Assembly (NCBI GenBank): GCA_029880665.1
Contig: JAOUNZ010000004.1
Span: 1-19,399 of the forward strand
Source of the DNA: Nitrosopumilus sp.
GTDB taxonomy: Archaea > Thermoproteota > Nitrososphaeria > Nitrososphaerales > Nitrosopumilaceae
Direction: 5' to 3'
DNA: 19,399 nt
Below the pieces are notes generated by a model. It saw only the letters and a program-made list of their open reading frames with translations, was not told where the DNA came from and ran no database searches. Position numbers and translations under genes: made by a program. Positions 7,880-15,790 of this stretch are shown piece after piece; the first letter of the stretch is position 1; each line of letters opens with the position of its first letter.

Positions 7880-8482
7880 TTAGAATTTGTTCTCAAAAAC
7901 CACGTCAGATAGCGGCAATTGCCCGCCTCTGGGGGGCGCATCTTTGGTCTTTTTTCCCACAACCACCATCATAGATATGATGTGATCTGTTGGCAGATTA
8001 ATCATGTTTCCAACCGCGTCATAGTCAAATCCCTTCATTGGGCATGTGTCGTATCCCATGGATTTTGCTGCAATCATTATTGTCTGGGCTGCCATGCCAC
8101 AAGAGCGCATTGCCTCATCTCGTTGTTGCTGGAGTTTTCCACTGTATGAGTTTCTAAGAGACTTGACTAATGCATTGCGTGATTCTTGCGGCATGTTTGC
8201 CCAGTATCTCTCAGGTTTTTTGTCCCAGGAGTTCAAGTCAGCGCATAAAATTATCACAAGTGACGCGTCAGATACTTGCTGTTGTCCGTGAGAGAGCTCA
8301 GATAATTTGTCTTTGATTGCCTGATCAGTTATTGTAACAAATCTCCAGTTTTGGATGTTGTATGATGTTGGAGACAGGACTGCAAGTTCCAAGAGTTTGT
8401 CAATCTCAGATTTTGCCATTTTGTGGTTTTTATCAAAACTTTTCACAGAGCGTCGTTGGTTAATTGCATCAAGTGTGTCCAC
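7880..8482 (-). CDS. nitroreductase family protein (200 aa), GTG start
   Basis: The N-terminal DAINQRRSVKSF plus SPTSYNIQNWRF is the classic nitroreductase (NfnB/NfsB-fold) opening. The length is typical. No upstream in-frame ATG exists. Confidence 0.85.
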   Translation of the reverse strand: MDTLDAINQRRSVKSFDKNHKMAKSEIDKLLELAVLSPTSYNIQNWRFVTITDQAIKDKLSELSHGQQQVSDASLVIILCADLNSWDKKPERYWANMPQESRNALVKSLRNSYSGKLQQQRDEAMRSCGMAAQTIMIAAKSMGYDTCPMKGFDYDAVGNMINLPTDHIISMMVVVGKKTKDAPPRGGQLPLSDVVFENKF

Positions 8483-8589
8483 GATACAACAAAAAAGATA
8501 CCAAATTTAAAAGATGAGTGGAGTTAAGAGTGATTCTAAAAGGAGTGGCCAGAGAGATCACATCTTAAGATCAGTGATGTTCAATCTCT

Positions 8590-8639
8590 GATGACAGATG
8601 TCATCCAAGATCTGAGACGTTGGTAATCAGATGACAGAT
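8590..8639. promoter_or_regulatory. two copies of GATGACAGAT (8590-8599, 8630-8639) in the divergent intergenic region; the first is part of the palindrome GATGACA-GA-TGTCATC
   Basis: Read directly. They sit in the unusually long 257-bp spacer between the divergently transcribed nitroreductase and flavoprotein genes. Confidence 0.35.
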
Positions 8640-8739
8640 TGTCTTGTTAAACATACCGTGCAGTTTTGATATTTAACCGGCATTATTTCCTACTAACAAT
8701 CAATGCCAGAAAAATTTCCAGATAGTATATTTATTAGGC

Positions 8740-9774
8740 ATGATTCAATCGCAAATCATCTTGAAGATTGCAGTAATGGGAATGGGTGTTGCAGGATCTT
8801 ATCTCATGGCACGACTAAAAAATTCTGAACATGAGGTTGTAGGTTATGAAAGAAATGTTGAAGAAAAACATGATTCAATTTGTGCATGGGGAACAATCAA
8901 ACCAGTGCTAAGAGAGTTTTGTAAAAAGACAGGAAGAAACTTTGATGATTTTTTGATTCATGACGGCAAAAACATGCATGTCAAGATGAACGATAATGTG
9001 AAATTTGATATCGGATTGAAGGGGTTATGCACATATGACAAACTTGGGCTGATCAAGGACTTCATAAAAGACTCAAAGATAATTTATGGCCAGACTCCAA
9101 AGCTTGAGGAATTGGAAAAAGAGTATGACATGATAGTTGACTGCACTGGGTTTAACAGAGTATATCTTCCAAAACTAAAGGAGGATTTTTTCCTGCCAAC
9201 ATACGAATACAAGGTAGAGTATGAAAATGGCTTGCCATATGACGACTTTTACATCGAGCCATTTCCTGGAATGTCAGGATACTTTTGGTATTTTCCACTA
9301 GGTGAAAAATGGGCACACATTGGCGCAGGAGATTACAATAAACAGCACATCAAAGCAACAGACGAGTTTTTGAAAAAACATGGAGGCAAAGTGATTGCAA
9401 CAAAAGGACGTCCAATTAGACTTGCAACTCCAGATAGATGCAAGCCATACTATTCAGGCAAAGTGGTGGGTGTTGGCGAATCAATTGGAACAGTTTATGC
9501 GTTGCTGGGGGAAGGAATCATTCCATCAATGCAGTGTGTTGAGATATTTTTAGAAAACATGAACGACTTTAAGGCATATGAGAAAGCAGTAGAGAAACAC
9601 TACAAAGTATATGCAAAAGTGTTTAATTTTGTCAGGGCAAAAATTCACAAAGACTTTAGTTTCTTCAAGGCATTGCCAGATTTTATCTCAATATTTAGAT
9701 ATATGAAAAAGAATGAAGACAGGTTTGGAATGGACATTAAAATTGCTGATCTGATGAAAGTAGCTAAAGCCTAG
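8740..9774 (+). CDS. FAD-dependent oxidoreductase, geranylgeranyl-reductase-like family (344 aa)
   Basis: N-terminal Rossmann GxGxxG (IAVMGMGVAGSY). GYFWYFPLGEKWAHIGAG matches the GYxWxFPxG...vGxG block, and GVGESIGTVYALLGEGIIPSM matches the GDAAGxxxPxxGEGI block of GGR/FixC-type flavoproteins. Its stop shares the palindrome CTAG (9771-9774) with the convergent gene. Confidence 0.6.
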   Translation: MIQSQIILKIAVMGMGVAGSYLMARLKNSEHEVVGYERNVEEKHDSICAWGTIKPVLREFCKKTGRNFDDFLIHDGKNMHVKMNDNVKFDIGLKGLCTYDKLGLIKDFIKDSKIIYGQTPKLEELEKEYDMIVDCTGFNRVYLPKLKEDFFLPTYEYKVEYENGLPYDDFYIEPFPGMSGYFWYFPLGEKWAHIGAGDYNKQHIKATDEFLKKHGGKVIATKGRPIRLATPDRCKPYYSGKVVGVGESIGTVYALLGEGIIPSMQCVEIFLENMNDFKAYEKAVEKHYKVYAKVFNFVRAKIHKDFSFFKALPDFISIFRYMKKNEDRFGMDIKIADLMKVAKA

Positions 9775-10475
9775 ATGAAACTCACAGAGCTGAATCCTTC
9801 TCTGGTTGTTCTATTTGAGGCCATATTGTAATCATAGATTGTTTTTGAATATGCCTTGAATTCGTCCTTCATAGGATCTAGGTTTTCTGCCAAGTAAAAC
9901 CCAGGGCAATCACCTGTAAACTGATAAGTTGCATGGACACGAGCCTTTCCCTTTTCATTTTCAAGCCAGCTGGAAAAAGGATACAGATAGCAGACCCCAG
10001 GCCTGTCTGGATGCATACTGCAGCCTCCTTTTTCATCTAAGAATCTGCAAGAGATGTGCGTCCCATCATCTTCTTCAGTTTCATCGTTTTTTCTTTTTAG
10101 ATTAATTGTAGTCATTGTAGTCATCTGCCCAGAGGGCCCAGGTTCCTGATATGTAACAGTAAGGGTTTCATTTTTTACAAAATCAGACGGCTTTCTGTAT
10201 TTTAGACCATTTCCAATTGTAATCAGATCATCAGATGTCAATGGTAGCCTTCCTTGTCTATCGCAGCAGTTATGGCAATCAGGCCAGTAGCATTTCCACA
10301 AAATGTATTTTTTTTCAGAATTCAGATAGGGCACATGAAACACCACGTCTTTTACTTTGATTGGATAGTCAGAGACATCTGTAATTCTACCCAACATGAA
10401 TTCCCGCAGAATTGGATCTACAGTCCAGTCTTTTTCTAACAAGTTTAGAGATTCTTCAATTTCTTTTTGTGACAA
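9771..10475 (-). CDS. YkgJ/UPF0153-type Cys-cluster (putative Zn/Fe-binding) protein (up to 234 aa; start uncertain)
   Basis: CYWPDCHNCC followed by CRFLDEKGGCSMHPDRPGVCYLYPF matches the CxxCxxCC ... C.fl...g.C.iy..RP..Cr.yP architecture. The track start is a TTG immediately after a stop. The first ATG is 26 codons further in (10397). Confidence 0.75.
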   Translation of the reverse strand: MSQKEIEESLNLLEKDWTVDPILREFMLGRITDVSDYPIKVKDVVFHVPYLNSEKKYILWKCYWPDCHNCCDRQGRLPLTSDDLITIGNGLKYRKPSDFVKNETLTVTYQEPGPSGQMTTMTTINLKRKNDETEEDDGTHISCRFLDEKGGCSMHPDRPGVCYLYPFSSWLENEKGKARVHATYQFTGDCPGFYLAENLDPMKDEFKAYSKTIYDYNMASNRTTREGFSSVSFI

Positions 10476-10501
10476 CTATTAAGTTATAACATCATTTGCA
10501 G

Positions 10502-10830
10502 ATGTTATTAATGTTGAGTGAAAAAGGAAAGTATGCCTCAGCGACAGAGAACAGGAGATTTGTGTGGAGGGAAATAATTTGGCCCTTGATTTTAGAAATC
10601 AATGATGTTGCATTCTCGTTAAAACAGTTTCAAAAAAAAGAGAGCAAATATGTAAAGAAAAGAACGTAACAATTACAATCCCATCAAGAGGACTTGCATC
10701 ATTGATTCAAAAAGGAATTTTGCTAAAAGAAAAAGACATCTATTCAATTCACTTTAGATTGATTCCATACATGAGATTAAAAGCAGACTGTGACTATGGA
10801 ACTGCAATTCATGAGGTCAGAATAAAGTAA
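10502..10830 (+). pseudogene. small wHTH-like regulator split by a -1 frame change at an A8 run (10632-10639)
   Basis: The frame from ATG 10502/10511 reads ..ENRRFVWREIIWPLILEINDVAFSLKQFQKK and stops at 10667-10669. The -1 frame is open from 10606 with no start codon and reads REQICKEKNVTITIPSRGLASLIQKGILLKEKDIYSIHFRLIPYMRLKADCDYGTAIHEVRIK, ending at 10828-10830. Joined at the A8 run, the two give a protein of about 108 aa. Both halves are under 60 aa and so are absent from the track. Confidence 0.45.
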
Positions 10831-10843
10831 TCTCAGCAAATGA

Positions 10844-10849
10844 TTATAT
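10844..10849 (+). promoter_or_regulatory. TATA-box candidate (TTATAT) for the tRNA gene
   Basis: Centred about 29 nt upstream of the mature tRNA 5' end (10876), which is the usual archaeal TATA-to-TSS spacing. Confidence 0.4.
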
Positions 10850-10875
10850 GTTAAAACATTGGGGTTTGATCTAGT

Positions 10876-10980
10876 AGCCCGATAGTCTAGCGGTCAAATA
10901 ATATTTTAGATCAAGGATTCTGCCCTCTGGATCTCAAGAGTGGATAGGCGGAGACGGCAGTTCGAATCTGCCTCGGGCTA
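10876..10980 (+). tRNA. tRNA-Gln (anticodon CUG) with two predicted introns (D-loop, about 10898-10914; canonical 37/38, 10931-10945)
   Basis: Acceptor AGCCCGA/TCGGGCT plus discriminator A, which is the archaeal tRNA-Gln style AGCCCG... start. T arm GGCAG-TTCGAAT-CTGCC. Anticodon stem CTGCC/GGCGG encloses 22 nt, read as loop CT-CTG-G..A plus a 15-nt intron. D arm GTCT-AGCGGTCAA[17 nt]-GGAT. Total length is 105 nt against a 73-nt mature form. No CCA is encoded. Confidence 0.7.
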
Positions 10981-10993
10981 CTGGAAAAATTTT

Positions 10994-11593
10994 CTATCTA
11001 GATGCCTGTGCTATACGCTCTAACTCATTTTTCTTTTTTACAGAAGGAGCATTAGGATCATTGGCTGCTGCAAGCATTAGTTGTTCTGCCATGTGCTCTT
11101 CAATTGGTTTTGGGTTTGAGAATGTTGATTCTTTAATAGCATCAGCGATAAATTTCAAAGCCAAGTCAACTCTTCTGAGCGGTGCGACATCAACTGACAC
11201 ATGGTAAACTGTACCACCATATACAATCCTAGTTGTGTCCTCGTTTGGTGCAGAAAATTCAACTGCTCTTACAAGAATTTCAACCGGGTTTTGGCCAGTT
11301 TTAAGGGCAATGATATCAAACGCAGTTTTTACAGTGTTGAGTAGTTTTGTTTTTTTACCAGTCATTCTACCAGTGTTCTTTGCATATTTCTTTCCAAAGT
11401 GCATTGTCTTGTTGATTAATCTCTCAACAATGTTAACATCAGCTTTGTTGAATCTTTTTAGTGCGGAGCGACCATACGTGTAAGGCAAAATTTGTTTTCT
11501 CAAAGAGATTGCGGTCTTTAATCCAGGATCGTTTACTTCTATGTTAGATAGATCCCATTTTCTAAATAACAATAAATTTTTAGTTTCAGCCAT
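10994..11593 (-). CDS. rps7: 30S ribosomal protein S7 (uS7)
   Basis: 199 aa with an ATG start and a typical archaeal uS7 sequence (..YGRSALKRFNKA..ERLINKTMHFGK..VDVAPLRRVDLAL..). Lies immediately downstream of rps12. Confidence 0.95.
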   Translation of the reverse strand: MAETKNLLLFRKWDLSNIEVNDPGLKTAISLRKQILPYTYGRSALKRFNKADVNIVERLINKTMHFGKKYAKNTGRMTGKKTKLLNTVKTAFDIIALKTGQNPVEILVRAVEFSAPNEDTTRIVYGGTVYHVSVDVAPLRRVDLALKFIADAIKESTFSNPKPIEEHMAEQLMLAAANDPNAPSVKKKNELERIAQASR

Positions 11594-11595
11594 AT

Positions 11596-12033
11596 CTATC
11601 TCCTTGGTTTCTCCTTCTTTCCAATTACTAATTCATGAAGGGATGTACCGTTAACTTTGAAAACTTTGAATCTGACACCAGGAATATCTCCCATTGCACC
11701 ACCTTGAGTTGCGCCCATACCTTGAATATGAACCTCATCGTGTTCATCAATAAAGTTCATGGCACCATCTCTTGGCAAGAATGCTGTAACTGTTTTACCG
11801 TTTTTAATTAATTGAACTCTAACACATTTTCTAATAGCGGAGTTTGGCTGTTTTGCTGCAATACCGACTTTTTCTAAGACAATACCTCGGGCTTGTGGAG
11901 CTCCACCTAGTGGATCAGCCTTTTTATCAATTCCAAGTTTTCTTCTTTTGTAAGTTGAGATGGCCCATCGTTGTGTCTTCTTTTTAGAAGTCAAAACTCT
12001 GCCAGCAAATAATCCAAGTGGTGACTTTCTCAT
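11596..12033 (-). CDS. rps12: 30S ribosomal protein S12 (uS12)
   Basis: 145 aa. [27 protein letters not shown] is the uS12 signature region. Confidence 0.96.
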   Translation of the reverse strand: MRKSPLGLFAGRVLTSKKKTQRWAISTYKRRKLGIDKKADPLGGAPQARGIVLEKVGIAAKQPNSAIRKCVRVQLIKNGKTVTAFLPRDGAMNFIDEHDEVHIQGMGATQGGAMGDIPGVRFKVFKVNGTSLHELVIGKKEKPRR

Positions 12034-12036
12034 ATA

Positions 12037-12501
12037 TTACATCTCCAAAGTTGCACGTTCAGGACTATTAATCAATACGCTGCTAATATCAAAATATCGT
12101 TTCGCAAGTAATCTTGCTTTCTCGGCATTTCTGCCTTCTCTTCCAACAACTATTCCTTTCTTTCTTGGGTCTACCATGACTATTGCTTGTTTTGACCCAT
12201 CTGCTCGTGTATTTATTTTTACTTCTGAGATAAGTTTTGAATTAAGCAAAGTCGATAAAAATTTGGCTGGATCCTCATCGAATTCAACTAATTCGACATT
12301 TCTTTTAACAATATTTTGCAAGGATTTGATGTGAATGCCACCTTTGCCAATCGCAAGTCCCATTTTACCAGAATTAACTACAAAAATTACTCTGTCTTGT
12401 TTTTCATCTTCCACGCAATCACGAGCTGTTGCACCAGTCACATTTTGGAAAAGAGACATCATACGCATCTGATCAGTTGTGAGTTTAATTGATTGTGTCA
12501 T
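12037..12501 (-). CDS. nusA: archaeal NusA-like transcription termination/antitermination factor (two KH domains)
   Basis: 154 aa. It has two GxxG KH cores (AIGKGGIHIKSL and VVGREGRNAEKA) and sits in the conserved position between rpl30e and rps12. Confidence 0.9.
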   Translation of the reverse strand: MTQSIKLTTDQMRMMSLFQNVTGATARDCVEDEKQDRVIFVVNSGKMGLAIGKGGIHIKSLQNIVKRNVELVEFDEDPAKFLSTLLNSKLISEVKINTRADGSKQAIVMVDPRKKGIVVGREGRNAEKARLLAKRYFDISSVLINSPERATLEM

Positions 12502-12565
12502 TAGGATTCCTATTTATCTACGAACAAGAAAAGTCTCATTTAAACTTACATTACAGAAAATATAA

Positions 12566-12889
12566 TTATTCATGTTTATCCTCAGCTTCTGTATCTTTTA
12601 AAATTGATTTGATGTTTGCATCATCAATGGATGTAAATGATATTGTTGAGATTCTAAATTGTAAGCCGCACAATCTACCTAACGCGACTGATGTTCCTTG
12701 AAAGTTTACTAAAGGTATTTTTTCTTTTTTTGCATCTGATTCAATTTGCTCGAGTGTTTCTTTTTTTACTGAACGAGACAATACAATTAGCTTGGAATTT
12801 TTTAGAGAGTTCAGAACTTGCTTAGTACCCATTGTTAATGTATCTTCTTTTCGGGCATCTTTTAATAATTTTTCAAGTATCTTACTCAA
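12566..12889 (-). CDS. rpl30e: 50S ribosomal protein L30e (eL30), TTG start in the track
   Basis: 107 aa. MGTKQVLNSLKNSKLIVLS...IPLVNFQGTSVALGRLCG matches the L30e/L7Ae fold pattern, and the gene has the canonical rpl30e position upstream of nusA. A TATA-like CCTATAAAG lies about 45 nt upstream. Confidence 0.88.
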   Translation of the reverse strand: MSKILEKLLKDARKEDTLTMGTKQVLNSLKNSKLIVLSRSVKKETLEQIESDAKKEKIPLVNFQGTSVALGRLCGLQFRISTISFTSIDDANIKSILKDTEAEDKHE

Positions 12890-12965
12890 TGTTGTTTCCT
12901 TATGTCAATCGTCTTGACAGGGCTTTATAGGTTTATTGAAAAGACATATGTGTTTTAGAAGAAGA

Positions 12966-14513
12966 TTAGTTCAGAAATCCAAATAGAGAGCCCAAAGTGG
13001 AAAATACAAGACTTATTTCATCAATAAAGTTAGTCGGTTCTTGTGTTTTCTGATTGGTTTGCATAAGTTTTTCAGATATGGGAGATGATTCTGTAGAAAC
13101 AATATTTTCAATAGAGTTTGTTGGCGTATGGTCTAAATTATCAATATTTGCATTCAGTGACAATACAATATCAAGATTGTTTTTGGCAGTTAGATAAGTA
13201 GGGCTTTTATCTAAGACTTCGTTATATAATGAAATGGCAGCATCGTAATTTCTCAGATTTGCAAGGGCATTTGCCTTATTATTTTTAGCAGGCAAAAAGT
13301 CAGGATCAATTTTGAGTGCCTGGTCATAGTACATTATTGCCTCAGAAAAACGCCCTAATTTTCCTAATGCAGAGCCCTTGTTTGCAAGGACTTCAGTATT
13401 GTTAGGAGTTTTGGCCAATGACTCATTAAAAGAATTCAAAGAACTATCAAATTTACACAGCCTATACAAAGCAGGCCCCATTCCATCATAATATGAAATA
13501 GTGTCAGTCAAGATGCTAGAATCACATTCTAGATTAATTTGGTTTAGCATTATTCCAAGTTCTACATCTTCAACAGAGAGATTATTTTGTTTTTTAAATT
13601 CAGAATTATTTGTTTTTGAAACAAAATCATTATTGTTATCATTAATTTTTTTAATTGGTGCATCAGATCCTTGAACAACACCAGTATCAGTTGTTTGCAC
13701 TTTAGGAGATTTCTCTTTGGTGTCTGCAGGATCATCTTTGGTGTCTGCAGGATCATCTTTGGTGTCTGCAGGATCATCTTTGGTGTCTGCAGGATCATCT
13801 TTGGTGTCTGCAGGATCATCTTTGGTGTCTGGAAGAATTTCATAATAATCAAAAAAAGATATCATTTCCGCTTCGCCATAGTGGGCTTTAATCGAATATG
13901 TCCCGTCAACTCTAAAATTAACTCCAGACTTGACAAGAAAACTTGTAGAGAATTCCAGATTAGAGTCAACTGAACCAAAATAAAACCCTCCCGGCATTCC
14001 AAACGGATCATAAATTCCAATCAACACCGATGGGGAATCTATTGCAGAGACCAGACCTGTGATTTTAATTACATCGTTATCTGTATATTGTTTTTTGTCA
14101 GTGTATAGTAAAATTATTTCAGTGTCATCAAAGGTTTCAATAACGATTTCAGGATCAGAATTATCTATTGTAAAAAAATGATTTTCGGAGATCTTTCCGT
14201 AGCTAATTTTTACTGCATATTCTCCAGATTTTTCATAAAAGATAGAATCCAAAACAAAGTTTTTTGAAAATGTCTTGTTGGGTAAAATCTCCAAGTTATT
14301 GGCAGATAGTATTTTTCCATCCGGATCATAAATACTCATGGCAATTACTGGCATTCCAAAGTCAAGAATCTCACCTGATATGGTGATCGAATCACCACTG
14401 CTGTATACTGGCTTGTCAAAAGTCACAGTGAATGATTCGGCAAAAATGTCTTCTAAGATTAACGGAGACAGTACGGTTAACACTAGAGTAATTGCTGCAA
14501 AGTATCCTAACAC
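12966..14513 (-). CDS. secreted/cell-surface protein: signal peptide, two beta-sandwich-like repeats, acidic DTKDDPA linker, three TPR repeats, hydrophobic C-terminal tail (515 aa; GTG start)
   Basis: Hydrophobic N-terminus (LGYFAAITLVLTVLSPLILEDIFA). Two domains of about 110 aa each open with DKPVYSSGDSITISG and DKKQYTDNDVIKITG. TPR-like stretches include GRFSEAIMYYDQALKIDPDFLPA and RNYDAAISLYNEVLDKSPTYL. The C-terminus is ISLVFSTLGSLFGFLN. Confidence 0.8.
   Translation of the reverse strand: MLGYFAAITLVLTVLSPLILEDIFAESFTVTFDKPVYSSGDSITISGEILDFGMPVIAMSIYDPDGKILSANNLEILPNKTFSKNFVLDSIFYEKSGEYAVKISYGKISENHFFTIDNSDPEIVIETFDDTEIILLYTDKKQYTDNDVIKITGLVSAIDSPSVLIGIYDPFGMPGGFYFGSVDSNLEFSTSFLVKSGVNFRVDGTYSIKAHYGEAEMISFFDYYEILPDTKDDPADTKDDPADTKDDPADTKDDPADTKDDPADTKEKSPKVQTTDTGVVQGSDAPIKKINDNNNDFVSKTNNSEFKKQNNLSVEDVELGIMLNQINLECDSSILTDTISYYDGMGPALYRLCKFDSSLNSFNESLAKTPNNTEVLANKGSALGKLGRFSEAIMYYDQALKIDPDFLPAKNNKANALANLRNYDAAISLYNEVLDKSPTYLTAKNNLDIVLSLNANIDNLDHTPTNSIENIVSTESSPISEKLMQTNQKTQEPTNFIDEISLVFSTLGSLFGFLN
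13719..13831. repeat. perfect 21-bp tandem repeat GGTGTCTGCAGGATCATCTTT, 5 full copies plus an 8-nt partial copy, in frame (heptapeptide DTKDDPA)
   Basis: Counted directly. The copies start at 13719, 13740, 13761, 13782 and 13803, with a partial copy at 13824-13831. All five full copies are identical at the nucleotide level. Confidence 0.95.
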
Positions 14514-14533
14514 ACGACTAGAAACGTAATTTT

Positions 14534-14543
14534 CTATTTAATA
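14534..14543 (-). promoter_or_regulatory. TATA-box candidate (TATTAAATAG on the - strand) for the 515-aa gene, flanked by TAGAA/TTCTA palindromes
   Basis: Lies 21-30 nt upstream of the GTG at 14513, which implies a leaderless or short-leader mRNA. TAGAAA-N6-TTTCTA (14519-14536) and TAGAA-A-TTCTA (14550-14560) bracket it. Confidence 0.35.
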
Positions 14544-14564
14544 ATCACGTAGAAATTCTACTAA

Positions 14565-15746
14565 TCATTCAACTGTTATTGACGTAGACGTTAGATTAGA
14601 TAGCGGTATGGGATCATTTAGAGAATTCCAAACAAACGTTTCAATACGATATATTCCAGATTTCTCAGGAACCCAAGATTGTGAGACATCTAAACGTTGT
14701 TTTGATGACAGTTCGCCTTGAACCCACGAAATTGAATCTACTGAATTATTTGCATTCTTAACTTGAAAGAGATAAACAAATTTTTGTTTATACTCTTGAT
14801 CATTTTGTATGGTTCCAACTATTTGCAACGGAGTATTTGCCGAAAAAGAATCCATCTTATTTGCAAAGATGTCAGAAAAGGTAATTGGCAAGTTTGTCAG
14901 GCGTTCAGTTGATGAGATAGATGAATCAACCACAGCAAAAGTTTCAATTTCCAGATGATCTGATTTGGAAAATGGTTTTGGCAGTGTATAATCAGCATAT
15001 TTTGCAGATAGTTTATCTCCAGGTAGGGCATAAAGCCTGTTCCCACTTGAGGGTAAAGTTTGGGACAATGATATTGTTCCAACAAAAGAGCCGGAGCTCT
15101 CAGATGTTTCTATTCCTTCAATTTCAATTCCTGCAGTATCAGAATCTGAGAATATTTGTATCTGAATGTGATCTAGTGCCTCAGGATTAAGATTCATGTC
15201 AGGATCAATTACACGAATCATTACAGAGGCATTATACAAAGGAATTTCTTTCAGAAAGGAAATAGAGCCAACATTCCAAGTGACAGGAACGGACTTGACT
15301 AGCACTACTCCATCTGCAAATTCAAAAGAGATCGTTACAGAAGAATCTCTATCAACTTCTAAAAATCCACTGGTAGGACCTTTGCCGGTTGTTCGCGGCA
15401 TAGTGTCAATATCTCCATCGCCATTTGCATCATGTGGGAAACCTGTAAGGGTAATCTCAGCTGTAAAGATTCCAGAATTCACATTTGTCTCAGTAAACCT
15501 ATAGGATTTCAGAGAGTTCTCAGAGGTATTAATTTTAATTGCATGATCTGCGTCATCGCCAATTGAATCAATCAAATGGTTATCAGTATTCCAACTCGGT
15601 GCAAGAATAGTCATTTTTATTTTATCTGTCCAAGTATACACGGGCTTGTCTGTAAAAATTGGTGCATATGGTTTATCATAATTTGGAATTGGTTCAGCAA
15701 ACACAGGAAGAAGAATCAAGGGCAAAAACAAAAAGAACAAGTGCAT
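14565..15746 (-). CDS. secreted protein (393 aa) with a signal peptide and beta-rich repeats; related opening motif to the neighbouring 515-aa protein
   Basis: MHLFFLFLPLILLPVFA/EP is a signal peptide. DKPVYTWTDKIKMTILAP resembles the DKPVY..D.I.I domain opening of the adjacent gene. No TM segment or recognisable catalytic motif. Confidence 0.8.
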   Translation of the reverse strand: MHLFFLFLPLILLPVFAEPIPNYDKPYAPIFTDKPVYTWTDKIKMTILAPSWNTDNHLIDSIGDDADHAIKINTSENSLKSYRFTETNVNSGIFTAEITLTGFPHDANGDGDIDTMPRTTGKGPTSGFLEVDRDSSVTISFEFADGVVLVKSVPVTWNVGSISFLKEIPLYNASVMIRVIDPDMNLNPEALDHIQIQIFSDSDTAGIEIEGIETSESSGSFVGTISLSQTLPSSGNRLYALPGDKLSAKYADYTLPKPFSKSDHLEIETFAVVDSSISSTERLTNLPITFSDIFANKMDSFSANTPLQIVGTIQNDQEYKQKFVYLFQVKNANNSVDSISWVQGELSSKQRLDVSQSWVPEKSGIYRIETFVWNSLNDPIPLSNLTSTSITVE

Positions 15747-15790
15747 GACAAAAAGTACTCAGTATTGAATTTAATGTTTGGTGAAGTATG

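Noticed and set aside
8588-8650. Possible C/D-box sRNA (TGATGA ... CTGA ... AGATGA)
   Set aside because: The C-to-D' spacing is 17 nt rather than about 12. No terminal CUGA D box follows the second box, and there is no terminal stem.
13562-13973. ORFs 13562..13852 (-) and 13671..13973 (+) with striking internal peptide repeats; possible CRISPR-like periodicity
   Set aside because: They are alternative-frame readings of the 21-bp tandem repeat inside the 515-aa gene. The units are contiguous with no spacers, so this is not a CRISPR array.
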